From Moraxellaceae bacterium (GTDB taxonomy: Bacteria; Pseudomonadota; Gammaproteobacteria; Pseudomonadales; Moraxellaceae), in the NCBI GenBank assembly GCA_003543245.1, contig DPJB01000007.1, positions 6,011-70,010 of the forward strand: DNA of 64,000 nucleotides, given 5' to 3'. Shown in pieces: positions 36,201-44,502 of the stretch. Under the pieces are notes generated by a model, which was not told the DNA's origin, made no database searches, and saw nothing but the letters and a program-made list of their open reading frames with translations. The translations under genes and the position numbers were made by a program. Positions within the stretch are counted from its first letter, which is position 1, and the number at the start of each line of letters is the position of its first letter.

Positions 36201-38220
36201 GTTCACGCCGAATACCTTGGGTGCCAACGATCTGTCGCGCATGGAGTTGCAGATCACGAATCCATCGCCATCGACAGCGTTGACGGGTCTGGCCATTAGT
36301 GACACTTATCCGGCCGGCAATCTCAGTACAGGTGTGTTCATGCAGAATGCGCCGACACCCAATGCGACGAGCAGTTGCGGCGGAACCCTGACGGCGGCGG
36401 CCAGCACCTCGTCACTATCCCTTGCGGGCGGTTCGCTGGCAGCAGGCCAATCCTGTTTGCTGGCGGTGGATGTCCGGGCCAACCCTGGCACAGTGCCCGA
36501 TACCTACTACAACGTCACTGGTCGTGTGCGTTCCAGTCAGGGGATAGGCTCCACTGCCGCAGATGCCCTCTATATCGTGCGTGCCCCGACCATCACCAAG
36601 TCCTTTCTCTCCAGTCCGGTGACACTGTCAGCAGGCTCTGCAACCAGTGTCTTGCGCCTTGTGCTGGAGAGTAATCACACGGCCACGATCAATGGCGTGT
36701 CTTTTACGGATACGTTCCCGTCCGCGCCGGCACAGATGCGTTATGTGAATACCGTGTCAAATGGCTGTGGTGGTACGTTGACGGATGCTTTGGGAGCCGC
36801 ACTGGTGCCTAACTCGAGTGTCGGCCTGCGCCTGAGCGCGGTGACGCTCACGGCAGGCCAGGTGTGTACGCTGGATGTCACGGTTTCGGTGCCTGCCGCC
36901 GGGACTTATTTCAACCAGACGTCTGGCGCAACAGCGACCACCAGCGGGTTTACCTCTCCAGGACCGGCCAGCAACATTGCCTCTCTGGTGGCTAATTTGT
37001 CGGCGCCCACCGTCAGCAAATCCTTTGCTGTGGCTCAGGCCGGTGTAAATGTACCGGTGACCATGACCATTACGCTGAACAATCCCAATACGGAGGTTGT
37101 TACCGGCGTCAACCTGACGGATACCTATCCGGGAACACTGGTGAATGCTCCAGCTCCCGCTCTCGGCAATTCTTGCGGAGGCAGTGCAACGGCAGCGGCA
37201 GGCACGGCTTCGCTGGCACTGGTGGCAGGCAGTATTCCCGCGTCCGGCTCCTGCACCATCACAGTGTCGGTGCAGGCCAGCGCGGCAGGCGCATTGACCA
37301 ACTCAACCGGTGCGGTGATCTCTGCCAACGCCAACGCAGCAACCGCAGCAACGGCCAGCATCACTTTCCTGTTGCCGCCGACGGTTGCCAAGTCCTTCAG
37401 TCCTGCCAGCCTGTATACAGGAGAGGCAAGCCTGCTGACGATCACGTTGACCAACCCGAACACGCTCGCCATTTCGGGTGCTGCGTTCACGGACAACTAT
37501 CCTGCCGGCCTCGTAAATGCAGTGGTGCCGGGGGCGGCAACCACCTGTAGTGGAGGCGCTGTGAACGCCGCATCCGGCGGCAGTGCGCTGGCACTGTCCG
37601 GTGCAACACTGGCAGCGAGCAGCAGCTGCACAGTGACGGTGAGTGTGTGGAGTGCCGTCGCCGGCGTTTATCAGAATAATACGGGTGCAGTAACGACCAC
37701 CAATGCGGGCTCGGGAGCATCAGCCAGTGCCACGCTGACCGTCGTCATGCCGCTGCCGTCCCTGAGTGTCCTCAAGATGGTGGCGGTGGTATCCGATCCC
37801 GTGAACGGGTCGGTCAACCCGAAATCCATTCCGGGGGCGCTGTCCGCCTATTCAATACGGGTCACCAATAGCGGTCCTGGCACAGTCGATAACAACACCC
37901 TCATTGTTTCAGATCCCTTGCCGGCAAATGTTGAGCTGTTTGTGGGGGATTTTGATGGTGCCGGGTTGGGCCCTGTTACCTTTGTCAACAGCACTCCAGG
38001 AAGTGGTCTGAGCTGGGTATACACGGCTCCGGGCAATATGACGGATGGCATCGATTTCTCGAATGACAATGGTGCGACCTGGACGTATGTCCCTGTCCCG
38101 GATGGCAACGGTTTTGACAGTGCCGTGACCAATATACGCCTCAGGCCACAAGGTGTGATGAGTGCGGCTGGTGCAACGAATCCTTATGCCGAATTCATTT
38201 TTCGGGTCAGGATCAAGTAG
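33280..38220 (+). CDS. 1646-aa secreted repeat protein (novel N-terminal region, DUF11 domain, eight Cys-pair repeats, terminal DUF11 domain)
   Basis: The start ATGA overlaps the stop of the previous gene. The signal peptide is ..LLFLLATPAWA|AF. Repeats begin (A/S/T)KSF.. and each has FTD.(Y/F)P and two Cys. The terminal domain is VVSDPVNGSVNPKSIPGALSAYSIRVTNSGPGTVDNNTLIVSDPLPANV. Confidence 0.8.
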   Translation: MKCDHTMNKSFAARVMPGLLVWLCSLLFLLATPAWAAFSITKTSSPVFYTDSAKNLYCNYESFRVTSTTAVTDAWTRIDTFSSSLGSGSYEDGKFHFGSFYAGESKAAFFYVCSSFSGSTLAGQGYSVRIYDRDPALIGASQLASQSFSVSIDNTVIQANPNTVSVIFSGPNPGVLGGIITMVVEGDTGTIGCVNPPSTCAGAQAGPLAFTAASLQDWRADAYEMIGSNIALTGGNSGSYDNQLYIPVLSASSTTSYKATYYFRAASTTSVTTTLSPIGYIASGTQIKHTSTTNGAYSGAGLLPIEPAINTLTVSDKLVSDATLPAQGGRVTYTIRVHNSGSDPANLDSIYDTLPAGVSYVAGSSSFSGVALPDPVVSGSDRIWSSSFSIPANGTRDLVFQADIAAAPGTYVNQASARLGSTIIDTTLSTGDYVPALASTVVLSAPVIAKSFTPTARAVNGSSQMVITLTNNNAAHALSSVSFTDTYPAGLININPAGVVTSCAAGTLTVSASSIVLTGAFLPAGSSCTVTADTTSASPAIYTNTTGTVTSSNGGTGNSAAAGVTFTTLPTISKSFAAATIPVGGVTTLNFVITNNGSVGITSLAFTDLFPSGLVLASPTALTPVAACGGTVESWDGTTTSALAAGAPGLRLTGGVLATAGGSCTFSVNVTAAAAANYDNTTSGVSSSLGTTGPVSNTASLRVLAPLVPAKSFSPSTIGRGQSSRLIVTLTNPNPVAITGAAFTDTYPANLLNAATPSPGGSCGGIVTAVAGGGSLALSGGTIPASGSCTVETNVTSDVVNVSGYVNTIAAGAVSSADAGSSTVPASATLIVNATPTLTKSFSFDVAAATTTMTLTITNNHTAGISGLSFTDVFPSGMLVDSPLTGTTSCGGTLEGWNGSTASALAANAQGIRLTGGAIAGAYPASCSITLRIRVTSGGVYLNQTSGVAMTAPFSGTGSVSNIATLIAPIVIKTFTPNTLGANDLSRMELQITNPSPSTALTGLAISDTYPAGNLSTGVFMQNAPTPNATSSCGGTLTAAASTSSLSLAGGSLAAGQSCLLAVDVRANPGTVPDTYYNVTGRVRSSQGIGSTAADALYIVRAPTITKSFLSSPVTLSAGSATSVLRLVLESNHTATINGVSFTDTFPSAPAQMRYVNTVSNGCGGTLTDALGAALVPNSSVGLRLSAVTLTAGQVCTLDVTVSVPAAGTYFNQTSGATATTSGFTSPGPASNIASLVANLSAPTVSKSFAVAQAGVNVPVTMTITLNNPNTEVVTGVNLTDTYPGTLVNAPAPALGNSCGGSATAAAGTASLALVAGSIPASGSCTITVSVQASAAGALTNSTGAVISANANAATAATASITFLLPPTVAKSFSPASLYTGEASLLTITLTNPNTLAISGAAFTDNYPAGLVNAVVPGAATTCSGGAVNAASGGSALALSGATLAASSSCTVTVSVWSAVAGVYQNNTGAVTTTNAGSGASASATLTVVMPLPSLSVLKMVAVVSDPVNGSVNPKSIPGALSAYSIRVTNSGPGTVDNNTLIVSDPLPANVELFVGDFDGAGLGPVTFVNSTPGSGLSWVYTAPGNMTDGIDFSNDNGATWTYVPVPDGNGFDSAVTNIRLRPQGVMSAAGATNPYAEFIFRVRIK
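34615..37750 (+). repeat. eight tandem, diverged coding repeats of roughly 105-140 aa inside the 1646-aa gene
   Basis: Repeat starts read from the translation are AKSFTPTARA, SKSFAAATIP, AKSFSPSTIG, TKSFSFDVAA, IKTFTPNTLG, TKSFLSSPVT, SKSFAVAQAG and AKSFSPASLY. Each has ..SCGG.. and ..SC(T/S).. cysteines. The boundaries are approximate. Confidence 0.75.
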
Positions 38221-38252
38221 TGATGCTGCCAAGCTCCAGATGCGAGTTACCT

Positions 38253-38290
38253 GCATGAAAAAGCCCGCATGAATGCGGGCTTTTTCATGC
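38253..38290. terminator. bidirectional rho-independent terminator
   Basis: The sequence GCATGAAAAAGCCCGCAtgaaTGCGGGCTTTTTCATGC is a perfect 17-bp inverted repeat with A and T runs. It lies between the convergent repeat-protein gene and psd. Confidence 0.85.
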
Positions 38291-38306
38291 AGGTGTTGCC
38301 GGGCCG

Positions 38307-39179
38307 TCAGGACAGGCGCATGCCCAGCATTTCACCCATGCGGGTGGGGGTGCCTTCCTTGAACTTTACGTCCCATGCGGCCACCTCCGGACCAAACACG
38401 ACGATGGCAGTGGAGCCCAGACGGAATCGCCCGATTTCTGCTCCTTTCTCCAGCACAATCGGCTCGCGTGGCGTGGTGCTGTAGTTGGTGACACGCACGC
38501 CTGGTTTTACGGGCGCCACGACTCCAGCCCACACGGTTTCGATGCTGGCCACAATCATTGCGCCAACCAGCACCACCGCCATAGGGCCGATCTCGGTGTC
38601 AAAAATGGCAACGACACGTTCATTGCGTGCAAACAGGCGGGGCACATTTTCAGCGGTGCGTGTATTCACCGAAAACAGGTCGCCCGGTACAAACACCATT
38701 TCACGCAGCGTGCCGGTGAACGGCATGTGCACGCGGTGATAATCCTTTGGCGAAAGATAGACAGTGGCAAACTGTCCGCCTTCAAACGCTTTGGCACGTT
38801 CCTTGTCTCCACCGAGTAGCTCGCAGAGGCTGTAGTAGTGCCCCTTTGCCTGAAAGACGATATCGCCCTGGATCGGGCCAAGCTGGGAAATGGCGCCGTC
38901 GGCCGGGCAGACAATGCTGGCCGGATCGGCATCAACCGGGCGTGCTCCCGGTTTGAGTGCGCGCGTAAAGAAGGCATTGAAGTTTTCATAGGCTAGCGGG
39001 TTTTCTTCCACGGCCTCGCTCATATCAACCTTGTAGCGGCGCGCAAAGAAATCAATGAACGTATTCTTGATGAGGGGTGAGCGGGACTCTGCCAGCCAGC
39101 CCACGGCGCGCGACAGCAGGTGTTGCGGCACAAAATACTGGGGCAGGGTAAGGAGTTTGTCGCGGGTTTCAGGCGTCAT
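38307..39179 (-). CDS. psd: phosphatidylserine decarboxylase proenzyme
   Basis: The full-length match pattern includes the self-cleavage motif in [11 protein letters not shown] (LGST). Confidence 0.92.
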   Translation of the reverse strand: MTPETRDKLLTLPQYFVPQHLLSRAVGWLAESRSPLIKNTFIDFFARRYKVDMSEAVEENPLAYENFNAFFTRALKPGARPVDADPASIVCPADGAISQLGPIQGDIVFQAKGHYYSLCELLGGDKERAKAFEGGQFATVYLSPKDYHRVHMPFTGTLREMVFVPGDLFSVNTRTAENVPRLFARNERVVAIFDTEIGPMAVVLVGAMIVASIETVWAGVVAPVKPGVRVTNYSTTPREPIVLEKGAEIGRFRLGSTAIVVFGPEVAAWDVKFKEGTPTRMGEMLGMRLS

Positions 39180-39283
39180 CGTGGCGTCTCGGAAAATTGG
39201 GGAGTCCTCTGTATGGGAGAGGCGGTCCGGGTGCGGTCAGGCAGTGTGTTCAGGAGGGCCGTGAGGCTCGGTGTTGAGGAGGC

Positions 39284-40093
39284 TCAGGTCTCAACCGGCG
39301 TATCAGACCGGTTACCCCATTCGCTCCACGAGCCGGCATAGCCTTTCAGTTTTTCAAAACCAAGCAGCTTGCCGACCAGATAGGTAAAGCCGGAGCGATG
39401 GTGTGTCTGGCAATGGGTAATGACGGTCTTGTCGCCGGTGATGCCAATGGCTGCCAGCTCTGCACGAATCTCGTCCAGTGGCCGCACGCGCAGGGCGTTG
39501 GCGCGGTCCATGGCGCGTGTCCACTCATAGTGCTGTGCCCCGGGTATGTGGCCGCCACGTTGGGCCAGAATACGGGTGCCGGCATATTCTTCGGGCGAAC
39601 GTGCATCCCAGATCACATGATCGGCATCGCGGTAGTGAGCCAGTACATAGTCGGCGTCAGCAACAGGTGCGGCCTGCAGGGAAACGACCGCCTGTGACGG
39701 TGTTGCCGCATTCGGCGTGTTTTCCACCGGCAGACCGGCGGCCAGCCAGGCGTGAATGCCACCGTTCAGGTAGGAGTAGTGACGATGGCCAATGGCATCC
39801 AGCGTCCAGATGAAGCGTCCGGCCCAGCCGCCGCCCTCATCGTCATAGACCACCACATGCGTGTCCGGCGTCAGGCCCATGGCAGAGAAGGCTTCGATCA
39901 GACGTTCCACTGGTGGCAGGCGCCCCGGTGCGGGCAGCTCGCCGGACACCAGTTGTTTGCCGTTCACCAGAATGGCCCCCGGCACATGCGCCTGCTGGTA
40001 CACGGACTCCTTGCCCAGATCAACGATGAGCAGGTTGGCATCCTGCAGGTGGGCGTTCAGCACTTCAGGTTCGAGCAGCAGGGGCAGCGACAT
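39284..40093 (-). CDS. thiosulfate sulfurtransferase (tandem rhodanese domains)
   Basis: It has two rhodanese domains and the catalytic loop CQTHHRSG. Its position next to psd matches rhdA in Pseudomonas. Confidence 0.85.
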   Translation of the reverse strand: MSLPLLLEPEVLNAHLQDANLLIVDLGKESVYQQAHVPGAILVNGKQLVSGELPAPGRLPPVERLIEAFSAMGLTPDTHVVVYDDEGGGWAGRFIWTLDAIGHRHYSYLNGGIHAWLAAGLPVENTPNAATPSQAVVSLQAAPVADADYVLAHYRDADHVIWDARSPEEYAGTRILAQRGGHIPGAQHYEWTRAMDRANALRVRPLDEIRAELAAIGITGDKTVITHCQTHHRSGFTYLVGKLLGFEKLKGYAGSWSEWGNRSDTPVET

Positions 40094-40232
40094 GAGTTAA
40101 AGCCTCGCGGAATTCTGGCACGGATTGTAAAGCACTCGGGCGCCAGCAGAAACCGGCACAGGCGGGATGGTGAATACGGTATGGCGATAAGCGCCCTGCT
40201 TGATTACGCTGTCAGCACTACGGAGGACGTTC

Positions 40233-41189
40233 ATGCATACCCTGTTTCCCGATATCCATCCTTATGCCACCCACCGCCTGCCCGTCGCTGCACCGCATGT
40301 GCTGTATGTGGAAGAGTGTGGCAATCCTGATGGCCTGCCAGTGCTCTTCCTCCATGGTGGGCCGGGTGCCGGCTTCCAGCCCTGGAATCGCCGCTTCTTT
40401 GATCCCGAGCGTTACCGCATCGTGCTGTTTGACCAGCGCGGCTCTGGACAGTCGACCCCGCATGCCCATCTGGATGGCAACACCACACAAGCGCTGGTTG
40501 AAGACATTGAAACCCTGCGCCGGTTTCTGGGTATCGAGCGCTGGGTGGTGTTTGGTGGCTCGTGGGGTTCCACGCTGGCGCTGGCCTATGCCGAAGCCCA
40601 TCCGGAGCATGTGGTTGGCCTGATCCTGCGCGGTATTTTTCTGTGCCGCGACCAGGATATCCGCTGGTTCTATCAGGATGGTGCCAGTCATGTGTACCCG
40701 GATTACTGGGAGGACTATGTCAGGGTGATTCCGGCGGCAGAGCGTCATGACTTTGTGCAGGCGTTTTACCGGAGGCTGACCGGCACCGACGAGATTGCCC
40801 GCATGGCGGCAGCAAAAGCGTGGTCGGTATGGGAGGGCTTGTGTGCCACGCTAAAGCCGAATGCGAGTGTGGTGGATCATTTCTCCGATCCGCATATTGC
40901 CATGGCGCTGGCACGCATTGAGTGTCACTACTTCATCAACCAGTCATTCATGCGACCCAACCAGCTGATTGAGGATGCCCGCCGGCTGGCAGATATTCCG
41001 GGTGTGATCATTCATGGTCGTTACGACATGGTCTGTCCGCTGGATAATGCCTTTGCCCTGCACAAGGCCTGGCCGCAGGCAGAGTTGCAGATTGTGCGCG
41101 AGGCGGGTCATGCCGCGGCAGAGCCAGGGATTATTGATGCACTGGTGCGGGCGACAAACGAGTTTGCCAGACGGTTCGGCAAGCGTTGA
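40233..41189 (+). CDS. pip: prolyl aminopeptidase (proline iminopeptidase), alpha/beta hydrolase
   Basis: Motifs are LFLHGGPGAG, FDQRGSGQSTPHA and the nucleophile elbow GGSWGSTLALAY. I chose ATG 40233. Confidence 0.88.
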   Translation: MHTLFPDIHPYATHRLPVAAPHVLYVEECGNPDGLPVLFLHGGPGAGFQPWNRRFFDPERYRIVLFDQRGSGQSTPHAHLDGNTTQALVEDIETLRRFLGIERWVVFGGSWGSTLALAYAEAHPEHVVGLILRGIFLCRDQDIRWFYQDGASHVYPDYWEDYVRVIPAAERHDFVQAFYRRLTGTDEIARMAAAKAWSVWEGLCATLKPNASVVDHFSDPHIAMALARIECHYFINQSFMRPNQLIEDARRLADIPGVIIHGRYDMVCPLDNAFALHKAWPQAELQIVREAGHAAAEPGIIDALVRATNEFARRFGKR

Positions 41190-41205
41190 GCCGGGCGGGC
41201 GACAT

Positions 41206-41952
41206 TCAGGCGTCTGATGCCGTGCGACGTTTTTCCATCAGGCGGCCAAAGAAAAGCCCCGCCTCAAACAGCAGCCACATCGGCACTGCCAGCATTGCCA
41301 TGGAGATGGCATCTGGCGGTGTCAGGAACATGGCAACAAAGAAGCAGCCCACGATCACATAGCGGCGCTTGTCGATCAGGCTGTCGCTGCTCACGATGCC
41401 GGACCAGATCAGCATGAACACGGCCACCGGGATTTCAAAGGTAAAGCCGAACACCAGGAACAGCTTCAGCACAAAATCCAGATAGAGATTGATGTCCGTC
41501 ATCATCGCCACGCCTTCCGGTCCCACTTTCGTGAAGAAGCCCAGTACAGCCGGCAATGTGATGAAATAGGCAAAGGCCACACCCACGTAGAACAGCAGCA
41601 CGCTGGAGACCAGCAGCGGCACGGCAATCTTCTTTTCATGCGTGTAGAGCGCTGGGGCAATGAACCCCCAGATCTGGTGCAGCAGATAGGGCACAGCAAC
41701 AAACAGGCACACAAAGAACGTCAGCTTGAACGGTGCCATGAAAGGCGCCGTCACATCGGTCGCAATCATGGTGCTGCCAGCGGGTAACAGTTCACGCAGG
41801 GGCAGTGAGACGGCGGCGTAAAGGTCGTTGCGGAAATACACCAGGGCAAAGAACAGCACCACCATGACGCTGATGATACGCATCAGTCGTGTGCGCAGCT
41901 CGATCAGGTGGGCGACCAGCGGCATGCTCTCGTGCGGGGTGTTGTCATTCAT
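41206..41952 (-). CDS. tatC: twin-arginine translocase subunit TatC
   Basis: It begins MPLVAHLIELRTRLMR and has six hydrophobic segments. It overlaps the tatB stop. Confidence 0.92.
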   Translation of the reverse strand: MNDNTPHESMPLVAHLIELRTRLMRIISVMVVLFFALVYFRNDLYAAVSLPLRELLPAGSTMIATDVTAPFMAPFKLTFFVCLFVAVPYLLHQIWGFIAPALYTHEKKIAVPLLVSSVLLFYVGVAFAYFITLPAVLGFFTKVGPEGVAMMTDINLYLDFVLKLFLVFGFTFEIPVAVFMLIWSGIVSSDSLIDKRRYVIVGCFFVAMFLTPPDAISMAMLAVPMWLLFEAGLFFGRLMEKRRTASDA

Positions 41953-42491
41953 GAGGGCGAACTGTCATCAGGTGATGTGGCGGGGCGCAGATTGGCGTTT
42001 TTCTGTGCGGCCAGCCATTCGCGGTAAGCAGCTTCGTCCTCGACAACGGGTGTGACAGCGGCAGCGGGATCGGCGGCTACGGCCTCAGGGGGCAGGCTGC
42101 TTGTGTCGGGCGCGGGGTCTTCAGGCAATGCCTTGCTGGCAGTGACTATTGAAGTGGCAATCGAGCTACCAACCGCAGTGGCAGGCGGCAGGCTGGAGTG
42201 GATATGGTTTTCCATGTCCTGAAGCCGGGTCGCCACTTCCTGGAAGGGCTGCTGGATGTTCAGGTCTTCGCCGGCATCGCGGACTGCATCAATTTCCTTT
42301 TGCAGGCGTTCACGCATTTCCTGCGCCGAGACTTCGCGCTCGATCTCGGCCTGCATGTTGCCGACCATGCGTTTGATGCGGCCGATCCATGCCCCCGCCA
42401 CGCGCGCTGCATGGGGCAGTTTTTCCGGACCGAGCACAACCAAGGCCACAATGGCCATGAGGATTAGCTCACTAAAGCCGACATCAAACAT
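41949..42491 (-). CDS. tatB: twin-arginine translocase subunit TatB
   Basis: The N-terminus is MFDVGFSELILMAIVALVVLGPEKLP, followed by an amphipathic helix and an acidic/Pro-rich tail. Confidence 0.9.
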   Translation of the reverse strand: MFDVGFSELILMAIVALVVLGPEKLPHAARVAGAWIGRIKRMVGNMQAEIEREVSAQEMRERLQKEIDAVRDAGEDLNIQQPFQEVATRLQDMENHIHSSLPPATAVGSSIATSIVTASKALPEDPAPDTSSLPPEAVAADPAAAVTPVVEDEAAYREWLAAQKNANLRPATSPDDSSPS

Positions 42492-42509
42492 GCATCAGTT
42501 CCGGCAGCA

Positions 42510-42746
42510 TCAGACGTTGTCTTTCTTCTCGGACGAGGTCTTCTGCGCAGTCTGGTCCTGCTGGGACAGCTGTGCGGGTGGTGTGGCATCAGCAGGCTTG
42601 TCGTCCTCGCTCTTCATGCCTTCCTTGAAGCCCTTGAAGAAGCCGCCAAGATCCTTGCCGGCATTCTTGAGCTTGCCGGTGCCAAAGACCAGTACAACAA
42701 TGACCAGCAACAGGAGGATGTGGGGAAGGGATATTCCGGACAGCAT
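42510..42746 (-). CDS. tatA: twin-arginine translocase subunit TatA
   Basis: I chose ATG 42746. The N-terminus is [34 protein letters not shown]. Confidence 0.9.
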   Translation of the reverse strand: MLSGISLPHILLLLVIVVLVFGTGKLKNAGKDLGGFFKGFKEGMKSEDDKPADATPPAQLSQQDQTAQKTSSEKKDNV

Positions 42747-42750
42747 GGTG

Positions 42751-43110
42751 TTACTCCGCAGATGGGGATGGGGTGGAGGGCTGACGGGCAGCCTTTTCGG
42801 CATGGCCGGAGACGTTGAAGCGTCGTGCCAGTTCGTCAATGATGCGCTCAGGCGGCACATTGAAATGGGAAAGCATGACCAGCGTGTGAAACCAGAGGTC
42901 GGCAGTTTCATAGACCAGATCGTCGGTCTGGCCGCTTATGTCGGCATCCTTGGCCGCGAGCAGGGTCTCGGTGCACTCTTCGCCGACCTTTTCCAGAATC
43001 TTGTTCAGGCCCTTGTGGTAGAGGCTGGCCACATAGGAGGACTCGGGCGCCGCCTGCTTGCGCTCCTCAAGAACCCGGGCCAGTTCGGCCAGTACATCAG
43101 TATTGCTCAT
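42751..43110 (-). CDS. hisE: phosphoribosyl-ATP pyrophosphatase
   Basis: The sequence reads [12 protein letters not shown]...[24 protein letters not shown]...[11 protein letters not shown]. Confidence 0.9.
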   Translation of the reverse strand: MSNTDVLAELARVLEERKQAAPESSYVASLYHKGLNKILEKVGEECTETLLAAKDADISGQTDDLVYETADLWFHTLVMLSHFNVPPERIIDELARRFNVSGHAEKAARQPSTPSPSAE

Positions 43111-43511
43111 GGTGATGGCAGATCGTCATGGTGATGATAGATGGCCTCGGGGTCCTTGAGCACGGCGTCTACCGTTACCCACTGACCATTCTCGAAGCGG
43201 CGATAAAAGCAGGATTCCCGCCCGGTATGACAGGCAATCCCGCCCAGTTGCTCAACCTGGAGGATAATGACATCACCGTCACAGTCCAGGCGCAACTCAT
43301 GCAGCTTCTGGATGTGGGAGGACTCCTCACCCTTGCGCCAGAGCTTTTGGCGGCTGCGCGACCAGTAGATGCCCCGTCCTTCACGGGCTGTCAGCTCCAG
43401 CGCCTCCCGGTTCATCCAGGCCACCATCAGCACCCGGCCGGTACGGTAGTCCTGAGCAATGGCCGGGACCAGCCCCTGTTCATCCCAGCGTACGTCATTC
43501 AGCCAGTTCAT
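43107..43511 (-). CDS. hisI: phosphoribosyl-AMP cyclohydrolase
   Basis: I chose ATG 43511 ([21 protein letters not shown]...). Motifs are [17 protein letters not shown] and DCDGD..CHTG. The upstream extension of the ORF has no HisI similarity. Confidence 0.88.
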   Translation of the reverse strand: MNWLNDVRWDEQGLVPAIAQDYRTGRVLMVAWMNREALELTAREGRGIYWSRSRQKLWRKGEESSHIQKLHELRLDCDGDVIILQVEQLGGIACHTGRESCFYRRFENGQWVTVDAVLKDPEAIYHHHDDLPSP

Positions 43512-43801
43512 GCTCTTGTATCGTGGCCAGTAAAGAGTGACGAGGATACCCGATAAGTGGCGCCGGGCGTAGTCATCTGCTGCCTCAGGACCATGGCCTG
43601 GGGATGGTTCCGGGTCGCCTCCAGCGGGGTGGCCGGCAATTTCCGTAATCCCTGCTAGGCTGACCTGAGCTGCTGTCAATCGTTTGCCGGGTTGCGCTGA
43701 GTCAAGGCGTTCAGGGGGGGTATGACCATAACCTTTGATTGGAGATCACTCTTCAGGCATGGCTCATACACGAGCAGCCAGAACAACAGTGAGGCGGTTA
43801 A

Positions 43802-43987
43802 ATGAAAATGATTTTCATTAAGTTCATGAGGGAGGAGGCAGGCGCATCCTCGGTGGAGTACGCCATTCTCGCTGCAATCATCTCCATTGCTGCGATTGCG
43901 ACCATTGCAATTATCGGTCGTGATGTTGATGCAAGGTTTGCGGAGACCTTGCGGCTGATTGAGCAGGGTCAGCAGTCGGGGCCGTAA
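43802..43987 (+). CDS. flp: Flp/Fap-family pilin, copy 1
   Basis: The Flp motif is present: EEAG|ASSVEYAILAAIISIAAIATI. Confidence 0.8.
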   Translation: MKMIFIKFMREEAGASSVEYAILAAIISIAAIATIAIIGRDVDARFAETLRLIEQGQQSGP

Positions 43988-44083
43988 GTTTACTGAGGGC
44001 GAGGGTTTCCTCTGAACGCTGCAAGCAATAAATGGTTAGTTGATATGCATCAGTTGGTTTTAAGGAAATCAAGACAGAATCTG

Positions 44084-44111
44084 TTGCAACCTGATTATTC
44101 GTTTATATACT
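44084..44111 (+). promoter_or_regulatory. putative sigma70 promoter for flp copy 2 (TTGCAA-16 nt-TATACT)
   Basis: The hexamers were read in the AT-rich spacer between the two flp genes. There is no experimental support. Confidence 0.3.
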
Positions 44112-44228
44112 GAAGTTGTGTGTTGTGGTTGATGAAGACGTTGGTGTCAACTGATTTGTGGCCGCATCAAAGTTGTTGTGTCGAGAGTTGTTTTTGGCCA
44201 TGTGGCCTTTCTTGCAAGGAGAAAGTTA

Positions 44229-44417
44229 ATGAAAAACCTGATGAACAAGTTTCTGCGTGATGAGTCCGGTGCAACAATGGTTGAGTACGCCATTCTGGTT
44301 GCCCTGATTTCGATTGCTGCCATTGCCACCATCGTTCTGGTGGGACAGAAGGTTGATGATGCATTTGACAAGGTTCAGACCGAACTCTCCAATGCCGGAA
44401 CCGGATCTGGCACCTGA
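44229..44417 (+). CDS. flp: Flp/Fap-family pilin, copy 2
   Basis: The RBS is caaGGAGaaagttaATG. The Flp motif is DESG|ATMVEYAILVALISIAAIATI. Confidence 0.85.
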   Translation: MKNLMNKFLRDESGATMVEYAILVALISIAAIATIVLVGQKVDDAFDKVQTELSNAGTGSGT

Positions 44418-44502
44418 TTATTTCAGGCTGCATGGTGTTGGCGGGCGCCTTCGGGCGCTCGCCATTCCAGCTAAAAGAATAAAAACGTTGTGAGTAAATG
44501 GA

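Noticed and set aside
42256-43134. A 292-aa plus-strand ORF spanning tatB, tatA and hisE.
   Set aside because: It crosses three well-supported minus-strand genes and their intergenic gaps, so it cannot be a real gene.
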